From assembly GCA_016930515.1 (NCBI GenBank), contig JAFGGO010000036.1, positions 1-58,465 on the forward strand: a stretch of DNA of 58,465 nt, in the 5' to 3' direction. The stretch is from Promethearchaeota archaeon (GTDB taxonomy: Archaea > Asgardarchaeota > Lokiarchaeia > Sigyniarchaeales > SOKP01). Shown one piece after another: positions 10,001 through 20,030 of the stretch (position 1 is its first letter; each line of letters begins with the position of its first letter). The position numbers and the translations under genes were made by a program. The notes under the pieces were generated by a model, which had not been told where the DNA came from, did not search any database, and saw only the letters and a list, made by a program, of their open reading frames with translations.

Positions 10001-10681
10001 GTGATGGAAGATATAGATCTTGAATTGCTTGAAGGAGAAGAAATTTTATGGAAAAAAGTGAAAAGTAAAAATCTAATCGAAAAACCTGTTTATAATCTCT
10101 TACTTGGATTGATATTTATTGCTTTCGTTTCTTTGGGAGGAAATTTCTTGATCAATTTCATATTTTTTCCAACATTAATATCTATTTTATCTATGGTTTT
10201 ATTTCCTCTAGGAGTTTTAACGATAATTGGAATTGTTTTCATACGCCCGTTAATTCTAAGATTATCTAAAATATCACGCGATTTAGGTTTAACTTTTAAA
10301 GAGCTTCAGCATTATCAAGAAATCGAAATTATTTCTAACAAGAGATTAATTAAAAAATCTTACGACGCTTTTGAAATAGATTATTCTCAAAATCCAATCA
10401 CGGATTTGAACGGTTATCAATTGTCAAAAGACTTAGTATATATTGATTTAAGCGCAATCAACACGGTTTTGGTTGAAAAAATAGATGAGGGTTGGCAAAT
10501 TGGTTTTAAATTCAAGGGAAAGGACGATTATCTTGTTCCCTTGCTTTTTTTCGTTCCATTAAAAGAATTTTCCATATTTATAAGCATTCTAAAGGAAAAT
10601 ATTCCGTTAAAAACCAAGAGACATTTGAATAACGACTTAATCGGATATTACAAAAACGATATTGATGAAATAAAAGAATAA
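10001..10681 (+). CDS. Membrane protein with two TM helices and a possible PH-like C-terminal domain
   Basis: 'LLEGEEILW' start, two hydrophobic segments, 'IISNKRLI'. Confidence 0.55.
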   Translation: MMEDIDLELLEGEEILWKKVKSKNLIEKPVYNLLLGLIFIAFVSLGGNFLINFIFFPTLISILSMVLFPLGVLTIIGIVFIRPLILRLSKISRDLGLTFKELQHYQEIEIISNKRLIKKSYDAFEIDYSQNPITDLNGYQLSKDLVYIDLSAINTVLVEKIDEGWQIGFKFKGKDDYLVPLLFFVPLKEFSIFISILKENIPLKTKRHLNNDLIGYYKNDIDEIKE

Positions 10682-10759
10682 TTCATTTATATGGAAGAAT
10701 ATCTTCTTATTTATCATAAAAAAATATATCCAATAATATATAATAAGAAATGATTTGAA

Positions 10760-11206
10760 ATGGTTATTGCAACATCTAAAGAAGAAGTATCTCGGGCACC
10801 TTGGGATTATTTCTCCTGGGGACATATAGATATGGGCTTAGGCTCGTTCTTGATACTCTCCTTGATAAATATAATACCCACGATACTTAATCAAACCAAG
10901 ACGGATATTATCAATTGGTGGATGATGATAGTAGTTGTAATTATTATCATGGTAGCCTGGGAAATCTTTGAAAACACGGTACTCTACAAATATGGTGCGA
11001 AATTTGAAAACAGGCGCGATTCGCTTGTAAATGCAATATGGGACATTATTTTTGGTATCATTGGTGGCATGTATATGTGGATTGTAAAGGGTATTTTAGT
11101 GAATATTATTGGAATTCACACGATTCCCATTTATTTCATTGTTGGTATTGTTACTTTCATCGTATGCTTGATAGGCTTCTTCGTTGGGAGAGCAATTAAT
11201 AAATAA
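10760..11206 (+). CDS. Small integral membrane protein (possible metal-binding H...WE..E...D motif)
   Basis: 'DYFSWGH', 'AWEIFEN', 'DSLVNAIWDI'; four hydrophobic segments. Confidence 0.6.
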   Translation: MVIATSKEEVSRAPWDYFSWGHIDMGLGSFLILSLINIIPTILNQTKTDIINWWMMIVVVIIIMVAWEIFENTVLYKYGAKFENRRDSLVNAIWDIIFGIIGGMYMWIVKGILVNIIGIHTIPIYFIVGIVTFIVCLIGFFVGRAINK

Positions 11207-11227
11207 TTTCTTTTTACTTTTTTTCCT

Positions 11228-12061
11228 TTATTTATCTCTTCGAAATTCAGAGGGTTTAGCGGGAGCTCCTCGATAATAATTACAACCATAAACACCCTTC
11301 CATCCTTTAGGTATCATTGATCCTGGTAGAAACACGTTACAGTCTTCACTAACGGCACCTGGACCAACCACTGTCCCCGGAAAAAGCGAGTTGTTCTTTC
11401 CAATCTTTATCTCCAGAATATTTAAGTTTCCAAAGATACTATTGACTTCGTGACTCGATAACACAGAAGTTGGATAAATAAAAGTATTTTCTCCGATATC
11501 CGTAAACTCCAAACCCGCATATGCATCACAATAAATCACGTTTTTAGCGATCTTGTTATGTCCAATACGTCTCAAAGTTCTATTGATGAGCCAAGGAAAA
11601 GGTGATTTTGAAGTCAACCACATTGGAAATTTTATAATAAAACCCCTTTTGTGATAAAAATTAAGGATTTTACCAATCTCAGTTTTATTCTTCACGGCCA
11701 TAAAGTCTCGTTCAAAGGTGCCTTGTTGAGGAGGACATTTTTTATTCCATTTCATCGTCCAGAGCGCTACAAGTTCTATTAAAAGGATCAAATATATATA
11801 ATAAAGGAAGAATAAAACTACGGGAAAGAGGAAGAATTGGAGTTGCAATCCTAAAGCAAGCACATAATTGATAAAAAAATAGAAAGTAAGAAATAAAGCA
11901 AGGCAGATGTAGAAAGGGACCAAAAAGCAGGCAAGCGAGATTATGAAAAAATACCATACCTTAAACTCAACGAGGTGCTCTTCTTCTCGGAAGTCGTCTT
12001 GAATTTCGTTGTTTTTCGGAGTCATGGAGTTTTCCGCGCGAACTAATGTTGTATAAACCAA
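11228..12061 (-). CDS. Membrane-anchored left-handed beta-helix (hexapeptide repeat) acyltransferase-like protein
   Basis: Two TM helices followed by hexapeptide repeats 'IGENTFI', 'IKIGKNNSL..GTVVGPG', and 'YRGAPAKP'. Confidence 0.75.
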   Translation of the reverse strand: MVYTTLVRAENSMTPKNNEIQDDFREEEHLVEFKVWYFFIISLACFLVPFYICLALFLTFYFFINYVLALGLQLQFFLFPVVLFFLYYIYLILLIELVALWTMKWNKKCPPQQGTFERDFMAVKNKTEIGKILNFYHKRGFIIKFPMWLTSKSPFPWLINRTLRRIGHNKIAKNVIYCDAYAGLEFTDIGENTFIYPTSVLSSHEVNSIFGNLNILEIKIGKNNSLFPGTVVGPGAVSEDCNVFLPGSMIPKGWKGVYGCNYYRGAPAKPSEFRRDK

Positions 12062-12135
12062 AGTTTATTCTTTAAAAGTTTATTTTGCTAAGTATCTTAT
12101 TTTTTTAAAATTTAAAAACCATTGTTACCATATAC

Positions 12136-13407
12136 ATGTCTCGAGAGAATAAGAAGGTATTCAAATATAAAGAATTAACACCGCTCTGGATCGCCGTTTT
12201 TATCGATATTTTAGGCATGACATTAATATTACCCCTAGCTCCATACCTGGGAAGAGAATTTTTACCTCAAATGGACGACTTCGGTCGAGCTTTTACAATG
12301 GGCATCATTCTTGCCGTAAACGCAATATTTTCAGCATTTTTTGGACCTTTTTTAGGAAAAATTAGCGATAAGTATGGAAGGAGGCCAATACTTCTCATTT
12401 CACAATTCGGGACTTTAATAGGATTTTTAATGCTTGCTTTTTCGAATAGCTTAGAAATGTTGGTCGTTTCAAGGATAATCGATGGTATCTTTGGAGGAAA
12501 TTTTCCAATAGCGAAGGCAATGATAGGAGACGTCGTTCCACCTCGCGATAGAGGCATCCAAATGGCTAATGTAGGAACAGCACACGTCCTTTCTTCACTT
12601 TTTGGACCAGCAATTGGTGGTACGCTTTCCGAAATCGGTTTCAATATGGGATTTAGTGGATTATTTTTACCTGGTATAGCTGCTGCGGGATTAACTATCA
12701 TTACAATGTTTCTTACAATTCTCATCTTAAAAGAATCGTGGCCAAAATCAAGTCGCCTTGAACATCTTCAAGACAAGCAAAAAAAAATAAAGTTTAAAGT
12801 AAGGAAGAACAAAAAAGCAATGTTTTACTTGATTGTTTGGGGATTTCACACCTCTGTATTCATGATATGCATTGCTTCGATCTCTTGGTTCGGAGATTAT
12901 GTGTTTGGTCTGACTCGCACTGAAATAGGGCTATTAATGAGTTTCTCGGGTATATTAAGGGCAATGGTAAGGTTTACGGTTTTCAAACCAACAGTTAAAA
13001 AACTCGGGGAGAACTTATCCATCAAGGTTGGCTTGGGATTATTTTTACTGGCGTTCGTTATAATTGGATTCGCCTACGAATTAACCGTGTTCATTATAGG
13101 ATTTATGATAGTAAGTTTCGCTGCCTCGTTAACAAGAGGTTTGTTGAGCAGCAAAATTAGCAAGTCAGTATCTCCAAAGGAACAAGGCAAGATCAATGGT
13201 CTTTCGTCGGGATTGGATAGTATGTCGCAAATAATCGGACCGATAGTAGCACCTACGCTCTTGGGTTTATATGCCATTGGCACCATAGACCTCTATGTCA
13301 TAGGCTTTTTTATGGCATTCATAGGCATCGTTCCATTTATAATGACTTTAAAATCAAGTGATATGAACCACAAAATCAAAGAAGTTGTTGATTTAAAAAC
13401 CAACTAA
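12136..13407 (+). CDS. MFS transporter (TetA/DHA1-like)
   Basis: Motif A 'GKISDKYGRRPIL'; about 12 TM helices. Confidence 0.9.
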   Translation: MSRENKKVFKYKELTPLWIAVFIDILGMTLILPLAPYLGREFLPQMDDFGRAFTMGIILAVNAIFSAFFGPFLGKISDKYGRRPILLISQFGTLIGFLMLAFSNSLEMLVVSRIIDGIFGGNFPIAKAMIGDVVPPRDRGIQMANVGTAHVLSSLFGPAIGGTLSEIGFNMGFSGLFLPGIAAAGLTIITMFLTILILKESWPKSSRLEHLQDKQKKIKFKVRKNKKAMFYLIVWGFHTSVFMICIASISWFGDYVFGLTRTEIGLLMSFSGILRAMVRFTVFKPTVKKLGENLSIKVGLGLFLLAFVIIGFAYELTVFIIGFMIVSFAASLTRGLLSSKISKSVSPKEQGKINGLSSGLDSMSQIIGPIVAPTLLGLYAIGTIDLYVIGFFMAFIGIVPFIMTLKSSDMNHKIKEVVDLKTN

Positions 13408-13423
13408 AGAAAGTAGTACAAAA

Positions 13424-14263
13424 TCAGTTTTTTTCTAAAAATTCAAGAACTATTTTATTAATTTCTGGTGCTTTTTCCTTAGGGGTGCTGTGCATGCCAT
13501 CTATTTCCACGAATTTGCTTTTATTAATCTTCTCGTGAATAATCTTACATTGTTCTTTGGGCGTGATTGGGTCTTTTGATGCACATATTATCAATGTTTC
13601 ATTTTGAATTTGAGCAAGGTTATCGAGAACATCGTGCTGGAGAAGCGTTGGAGCTTGATTGTAATAATCTTGCGGCCTTGTTGGAAGTTCGGTGGCATCT
13701 CTAATCAGATCCTCTGCCGTAAATAAATCGTGAATTAGAGTTTTTGGATTTTGTTTCATATAATTGATGAATTCAGGCGTATATCCTCCTTCTGCTCCTT
13801 CGTAAAATGCACTCACGGGATCTTTGGATTTTAACTCGTAATTTGCAATCTTTCCTTTAATATAGTCTTGTAGTTGTTCTTCAGGAAATTCAACTTTAGG
13901 CACGGTATTAATCAAGATTAACTTGTCCAGCCTTTCAGGATATTTAATTGCGAAGTTTTGCACGATCATTCCTCCTAGCGAATAACCTAATATATGTGCT
14001 TTTTTGATTTCAAGACGATCCAATAGTTGTTTTAGGTCTTCCACATACATATCCATGGAATAGTTATAATCAGGTCTTGTTGACTTTCCCGATCCTCTAT
14101 TGTCAAATCGGATGACTTTATATTTTTCAGAAAATACTTTAAATTGGCCGATAAAAACCTCTTTTTTTGAGCCAAAACCGTGGACTAGGACCAAAGGTTT
14201 TCCTTGACCCGATACTTCACAACACAGTTCAATTCCTTCTAACTCCACGAAAAATTCTGGCAT
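13424..14263 (-). CDS. Alpha/beta hydrolase
   Basis: HGF, 'DNRGSGKS', nucleophile GYSLGG, C-terminal His. Confidence 0.9.
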   Translation of the reverse strand: MPEFFVELEGIELCCEVSGQGKPLVLVHGFGSKKEVFIGQFKVFSEKYKVIRFDNRGSGKSTRPDYNYSMDMYVEDLKQLLDRLEIKKAHILGYSLGGMIVQNFAIKYPERLDKLILINTVPKVEFPEEQLQDYIKGKIANYELKSKDPVSAFYEGAEGGYTPEFINYMKQNPKTLIHDLFTAEDLIRDATELPTRPQDYYNQAPTLLQHDVLDNLAQIQNETLIICASKDPITPKEQCKIIHEKINKSKFVEIDGMHSTPKEKAPEINKIVLEFLEKN

Positions 14264-14584
14264 ATAATAAGTGTTAAATTTTTGCCTGATATTAATATTA
14301 CGATATTAGAATGAATTAGAAATAAAAATAAGAACGATTTAGATAAATGTTTTTAGAAGAAATATTTGATAAAATAAAAACATATAAATATTAATTTTTG
14401 TTCTTGTTCTAATATTCTTATAATATTATCAAGATTTTATTGAGTAATAAAAATATTTAAATAATACATATAGTCAATTCACTTGAGTTCAAGTTAATTC
14501 AATCGATAAATGACTTGAGATTGATGATGAAATAATTTTTATCGAAATTATTTTCTAAAAATTGTAAAGCGTTTAAAATAATCA

Positions 14585-14962
14585 ATGGTGTTTGGGATAG
14601 TTTCAATATTTATAGTCGAAGACGATATATCTTTACAAAACCTGTATCGAATGTTATTTACATCAACCGGACACAATGTATTGGATATCGCAAATAACGG
14701 CATGGATGCCGTGGAAAAATTTAAAGCCTTTAATAAAAAGCCCGAAATTATTATAATGGATCATAGAATGCCCATAAAAAATGGCATAGAAGCAACAAAA
14801 GAAATTTTAAAACTTCACCACAACGTTAAGATTATTTTTGCAAGCGCAGATATTTCCATACGAGAGGAGGCGCTTTCGATTGGAGCAACTCTATTCATTG
14901 AAAAACCTTTCGATATTCAAGAAGTTCTTAATAAAATCGATAGTATATTTATGACTCATTAA
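14585..14962 (+). CDS. Single-domain response regulator (CheY-like)
   Basis: 'VEDD', 'IMDHRMP.KNG', 'KPF'. Confidence 0.92.
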   Translation: MVFGIVSIFIVEDDISLQNLYRMLFTSTGHNVLDIANNGMDAVEKFKAFNKKPEIIIMDHRMPIKNGIEATKEILKLHHNVKIIFASADISIREEALSIGATLFIEKPFDIQEVLNKIDSIFMTH

Positions 14963-15155
14963 AATATTACTCATCTGCCAGAAATAAAAGAAACTTTCAC
15001 ACCAAATTTTTTGTGGTAAAAAATAAGAAGAAAGATATAAATAGAGCTTCTAATTTCTTAAATTAGAGAACAAATTCAATTTAGATTTGACGAGTGCTTT
15101 CCTTACGATTACATGTACTCCTATTGACATGATTTGGATAACGAGCTGAAAGTTA

Positions 15156-17405
15156 TTGATCGAGATTAAATCCCGAATAGTAAAAATACTCTCCCATTTT
15201 TACGAAGGGATAGCTATTGTTGAAAAACAAAGGATTATATATGTAAACGAGAAATTCGCTGAGATTTATGGATATACCGTGGAAGAACTAATTAAGCAAA
15301 GCGATGTTGATTTAGCAATTCCTGAAGAAAGAGAGAAATTGCGTAATTTAAAGGAAAAAGCAATACAGAATAGGGAAGCAAACATTGAAGTTAAATTTTG
15401 GGCATTTCGAAAAGATGGGACGAAAAGATATATTAAAAATAGATATTTCTTCGAAGAAAGTAAAGAAAAAGGAGATGTCTTTTATATCCTTGCCTTAGAT
15501 ATAACAGATTCCTTCGATCAAAAAGCTTTATTGGAAAGCGTATTTAAAGCAGCCCCAACGGGCATCGGTGTTGTCGTGGATCTCCAATTTAAAGAGGTTA
15601 ATGAAAAATTTTGCGATCTTATCGGGTATTCGAGAGAGGAGGTAATAGGTAAAAAAGTTTCAATGATATATCCTTCTATCGAGGTTTTCAAGCATGTTGG
15701 AAAGGTTAAATACGATATGATAAGAGAAAAGGGAACGGGCACCGTTGAAACTAAATTTAAATGTAAGGATGGAACAATAATTGATGTTATTCTAAGTTCA
15801 ACCCCTATCGATATTGAAGATTGGGCCAAGGGGGTAACCTTTACTGCTCTTGACATAACGGAACGGAAAAGGATGGAAAACGCATTACGAACGGAAAAGA
15901 ATATCTTCCAACAAATTTCGCTCGCAAGTCCCACAGGCATTACCATGATAAACGAGCTTGGGAAAATAGTGTTCGCAAACACCCAAGCAGAGAAAGTCTT
16001 GGGCTTAACGAAGGACGAGATAACTAACAGGTCATACAACGCCCCCAGTTGGAAGATCACCAGTTATAATGGAAGTTCTTTTCCAGACGAAGAATTACCC
16101 TTTCAAAAGGTCAAAAGAGAAAAAAAACCAGTATTTGATATTCGACATACAATTGAAAAACCTAATGGTGATCGATTGCATCTCTCCGTTAATGCCGCTC
16201 CGCTTTTTTCTGATGGAAATGAATTTGCGGGAGTTTTAGCAATCGTAGAGGATATAACTGAAAAAATTCAGGCTGAAAGAAAATTAAAGGAATCTGAAGA
16301 AACATTCAGGAGCATATTCGAATCGATTCCAATTGGGATGCATTTATATCATTTGGATGAAGAGAATAATCTAATTTTTATGGCTTCGAACCGATCTTCT
16401 GATGAAATACTTGGAGTTGATACAACACAATTTATTGGTAAGACAATCGAGGAGGCTTTTCCACCATTAGTTCAAACAGATATCCCAGAAAGATACAAAG
16501 ACCTTGCATTAGAAGAGGGAATATGGCGATGGGATCAAGTCGATTACGAATACGAACAGATAAAAGGTGCCTACGAAGTTATAGCCTTCCATATAGCGCC
16601 CAATACCATGGTCGCTTCGTTTATAGACAGTGGAGAGCGCCTCGAACACCAGAGAAAAATTATCGAATCTAAAAAACAATATCGCAAAGCATTAAATCGA
16701 GCTGAATTTTACAAGGACCTATTTGCACACGATATTAATAACATCCTTCAAAACATCAAACTTAGCGTGCAACTCAACCATGCAGAATTAGAAAAGCTTG
16801 TTAATCCCATTAAATTGTTAGAATCGCACCATCTCATTGAAGAACAGGTCAATAGGGGCGCAAAATTAGTATCTAACATACGGAAATTATCTCAGATAGA
16901 GGAAGAACACATATCATTGAAGAAAACAGAATTGATAAAAGTATTATTGGACTCCATATCTTTTGTAGACAAAAGTTATCAACATAAAAATATTGTCCTA
17001 AACTTTAAACCAAAATACAAATACATCTATATCAAGGCCAATGAATTCCTTCGGGAAATCTTCGATAATATTCTTCTTAACGCAGTAAAATATACGAGCG
17101 AACCTAAAGTATTTATAGAGATTAAACTCGAGAAAGACATGTGGAAGAATCAGGACGCCATAAAGTTGCAATTTATAGACAACGGGAGGGGAATTCCTGA
17201 CCAGTTGAAACAAAAGATATTTCAAAGAACTTATCAAGAAAGTAATAGTTTAGAAGGAACTCGTGGTATGGGATTAGGACTTTCTTTAGTAAAGAAAATT
17301 GTTGAAACCTACGAGGGAGAGATCTGGGTCGAGGATAAAATATCGGGAAATTATTCTAAAGGAAGCAATTTCGTGCTCCGCTTCTTTGAATATATAGATA
17401 ATTAA
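15156..17405 (+). CDS. Cytoplasmic multi-PAS sensor histidine kinase
   Basis: About four PAS/PAC domains; H-box 'AHDINN'; N-box 'NAVKY'; G1 'DNGRGI'; G2 'GMGLGL'. Confidence 0.92.
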   Translation: MIEIKSRIVKILSHFYEGIAIVEKQRIIYVNEKFAEIYGYTVEELIKQSDVDLAIPEEREKLRNLKEKAIQNREANIEVKFWAFRKDGTKRYIKNRYFFEESKEKGDVFYILALDITDSFDQKALLESVFKAAPTGIGVVVDLQFKEVNEKFCDLIGYSREEVIGKKVSMIYPSIEVFKHVGKVKYDMIREKGTGTVETKFKCKDGTIIDVILSSTPIDIEDWAKGVTFTALDITERKRMENALRTEKNIFQQISLASPTGITMINELGKIVFANTQAEKVLGLTKDEITNRSYNAPSWKITSYNGSSFPDEELPFQKVKREKKPVFDIRHTIEKPNGDRLHLSVNAAPLFSDGNEFAGVLAIVEDITEKIQAERKLKESEETFRSIFESIPIGMHLYHLDEENNLIFMASNRSSDEILGVDTTQFIGKTIEEAFPPLVQTDIPERYKDLALEEGIWRWDQVDYEYEQIKGAYEVIAFHIAPNTMVASFIDSGERLEHQRKIIESKKQYRKALNRAEFYKDLFAHDINNILQNIKLSVQLNHAELEKLVNPIKLLESHHLIEEQVNRGAKLVSNIRKLSQIEEEHISLKKTELIKVLLDSISFVDKSYQHKNIVLNFKPKYKYIYIKANEFLREIFDNILLNAVKYTSEPKVFIEIKLEKDMWKNQDAIKLQFIDNGRGIPDQLKQKIFQRTYQESNSLEGTRGMGLGLSLVKKIVETYEGEIWVEDKISGNYSKGSNFVLRFFEYIDN

Positions 17406-17410
17406 ATTAT

Positions 17411-18238
17411 TTAACTCGCTAAAATAATTACTATAAAGTAGGCAAGGAGAAAGTTTCCAAGCATTATTCCTATATCTTTTAGCGAAGTCCAACCGCGTAT
17501 GTCGTTTCGAGGCGTTCGAAATATATACATTATGCCAAAAGGAAAAATGATAAATGGTAAGAACCACAATTCAAGGGTTAAAATAAGCGAGACTACACCA
17601 ATAACGAGTGAAATTAGGGCTGAAACCCATATGACGATTTGAGCGGTTTTTGGTTTTAATTTAGCTAAACTATCTCCATCTATCATCTCGTGTAGCATTT
17701 GACCCGTATACGCTACTGATGTAATACATGTTATCATCAACCATTCTAAAAGATTCATTTCTGGTATTAGACCATTTAATATTGAATCTCCAGCGTTAAT
17801 TTTTATCATAAAGTATGGAAGGAAAATATGACTGATCCCTAATAGGATGTGATTTATAATAACAAGTTTTTTAAAAAAGCAGTAAATCACGACCAATACA
17901 ATTATAACGATTAAATATATTCCCAATATGGGTTTTTCAATTATATTATTCATGAAACAAATGGTTCCTAAAAAAAAAGAGGCAATCGCGAGTGTTCCTA
18001 TTTCCTTCCGACCATATCCTTCGGTTCGTTCGAGCGTTTCTTTCTCGTTAGGATCTTTCATATCAATCATATCGTTGAGGGTATTTCCCGTGATTGCGTA
18101 AAATCCAAATCCCGCCAATAAGAATAAGTGATTTGCCAACTCATATCCGTTCAAATATATTGCGAGCAGGCAAGGAACGATAACAGAGAAAAGATATTCA
18201 AGACGAAGTAGTTTAAGTCCTTTACTCATTCTAATCAC
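17411..18238 (-). CDS. UbiA-family prenyltransferase
   Basis: Multi-TM protein with Asp-rich 'NTLNDMIDMKD' and 'HEMIDGD'. Confidence 0.75.
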   Translation of the reverse strand: MIRMSKGLKLLRLEYLFSVIVPCLLAIYLNGYELANHLFLLAGFGFYAITGNTLNDMIDMKDPNEKETLERTEGYGRKEIGTLAIASFFLGTICFMNNIIEKPILGIYLIVIIVLVVIYCFFKKLVIINHILLGISHIFLPYFMIKINAGDSILNGLIPEMNLLEWLMITCITSVAYTGQMLHEMIDGDSLAKLKPKTAQIVIWVSALISLVIGVVSLILTLELWFLPFIIFPFGIMYIFRTPRNDIRGWTSLKDIGIMLGNFLLAYFIVIILAS

Positions 18239-18407
18239 TCAAATTCTATTATAATTGAATAATATGTTTAATATATCTTCAAATGCTATTAATTTTTCTA
18301 AATTCTAAATTATTGATGGTAATTAATCGTAATTGAAAATACCAAAAAATAAAATACTTGATAATTATGTTTTATTTAAAACATTTTATTGAACCCACTC
18401 TTTTCAG

Positions 18408-18779
18408 ATGTCTGGCAACGATAAAAACGGTAATTTACTCGGCGAGCTCAAGGCCTGCATTAAGTGCAAAAACCCTTTTATGGCAAAACAGAAACAACAA
18501 GTGTGTGATAATTGTATTAAATTAGAAAAACTTAAGCAGGAGCTTTCTCAAGGAGTTAACTCTTGGAAAATTAAATTAGAAGGTTCTATTAAGGAAATGG
18601 AAACTGAAGTAAAGCAAATTCAAAGCAAGAAGGAGATATTCCTCGAAAGAATAAAAAAACGAAGTGCGTTAGTTAATAAGTCCATAGACTTGTTAAAAAA
18701 AATAAACGAATCGCAAGATGAAAAATATATAGAGGAATATAAAGCACTTTTTGAAGAAATGAAAAAAGAAGGTTCTTAA
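18408..18779 (+). CDS. Zn-finger (CxxC...CxxC) plus coiled-coil hypothetical protein
   Basis: CIKC and CDNC followed by a heptad-rich helix. Confidence 0.6.
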   Translation: MSGNDKNGNLLGELKACIKCKNPFMAKQKQQVCDNCIKLEKLKQELSQGVNSWKIKLEGSIKEMETEVKQIQSKKEIFLERIKKRSALVNKSIDLLKKINESQDEKYIEEYKALFEEMKKEGS

Positions 18780-18788
18780 AGGGTTTGT

Positions 18789-19565
18789 TTAATCTGTTTT
18801 TTGGAAAAAAATTCCAATATTCATTATTTTATCAACATGTTGGTGTTTTACATCGATTCTCATTACCTTAGCAGCAATCCATACGAAAACATTCCAAATT
18901 TTTTGAAATAATAAATTATTTTCGTATCTGTTTCGGAGTTTGGACAAACTTGTTTCTAATTTTTCAGGATCTCTCGATTGAATGTTTTCCACGCGCATTA
19001 ACTGTCCATAGACACCAAATACCTTGAAAGCTATCAAGTTGAACTGTCTAAATATTATCATAAGCGGCTCTAGTTCATATCGACGATAATGACCAATTAA
19101 TCGATCTTGGGCGGTATAATACTCCATTTTATGTGGGACGGTAACTAAAACGATGCCGTCTTTCTTGAGTATCCTGCTTATTTCAGAGATGGCTACTCTA
19201 TCATCAGACACATGCTCTAACACGTCCAGAGCGCTGACGAATTCAAGCGATGCGTTTCTATAAGGTAATCGGGAAATGTCTCCACATAATGGATTCCAAA
19301 AACGATTAATTGTATATTGTTCTAAGGGTTTAGTAGCAATATCAAAAAAGCACTTTTGAATCACTTTATTTGTAAAATAAAGAAACGAATTTCCTGAACA
19401 ACCCAAGTCAACGCCAGCACTAAAATGACGAAATTTTTTAATATGTTTTCTCAATAGATCAAATTTACAGCGTATTCCAGGGGATAAATAATATTCTGTC
19501 AATCTCCTATCGGAAAAATTCTTATGTTTTTCGTAAAAAAATTTTAAATCTTCGCTCATTAACAC
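18789..19565 (-). CDS. Class I SAM-dependent methyltransferase
   Basis: 'VDLGCSG', 'GDISRLPY', 'LDVLEHV', 'GHYRRY'. Confidence 0.85.
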   Translation of the reverse strand: MLMSEDLKFFYEKHKNFSDRRLTEYYLSPGIRCKFDLLRKHIKKFRHFSAGVDLGCSGNSFLYFTNKVIQKCFFDIATKPLEQYTINRFWNPLCGDISRLPYRNASLEFVSALDVLEHVSDDRVAISEISRILKKDGIVLVTVPHKMEYYTAQDRLIGHYRRYELEPLMIIFRQFNLIAFKVFGVYGQLMRVENIQSRDPEKLETSLSKLRNRYENNLLFQKIWNVFVWIAAKVMRIDVKHQHVDKIMNIGIFFQKTD

Positions 19566-19642
19566 TCAAAATAAATTCAAGATGCTTAAATAAAAATGGG
19601 ATTTTAATTGTATTTTAAAGAATCTAAATAATAAATGAATGA

Positions 19643-19852
19643 CTAGATATGGAGTAATTTTTCGAAAGCAATGAAACCCAATATAAAAACCCATGTAGTA
19701 AAGAAAAATATCACGAACCCTTGAATGTGAAAAGGCGTAGTATCGAATACATCTGAAAACATGAAACCTAATACGAGCAGAGCAGTGATTATTATGAAAA
19801 AAGTAAATCTAACGATCATTACTCCACCACTTCTTTTTTCCATATACATCAA
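19643..19852 (-). CDS. Small 2-TM membrane protein
   Basis: GGAGG SD at the start; two hydrophobic helices. Confidence 0.55.
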   Translation of the reverse strand: MMYMEKRSGGVMIVRFTFFIIITALLVLGFMFSDVFDTTPFHIQGFVIFFFTTWVFILGFIAFEKLLHI

Positions 19853-20030
19853 CCTCCTTTTTTGTCGTTCTGGATATATATTCTTATATGCTTCTTGATG
19901 AGATATATATAATTGTATATATAAATGTTTGGATCTTTTCCGAAGTTCTCTATTTCATTTTAGAATGTTCCAAGAGAATTTCCAATAAATTGGTATTATC
20001 TTTTAAAATCTGTTTTTAATTAATGATAAT

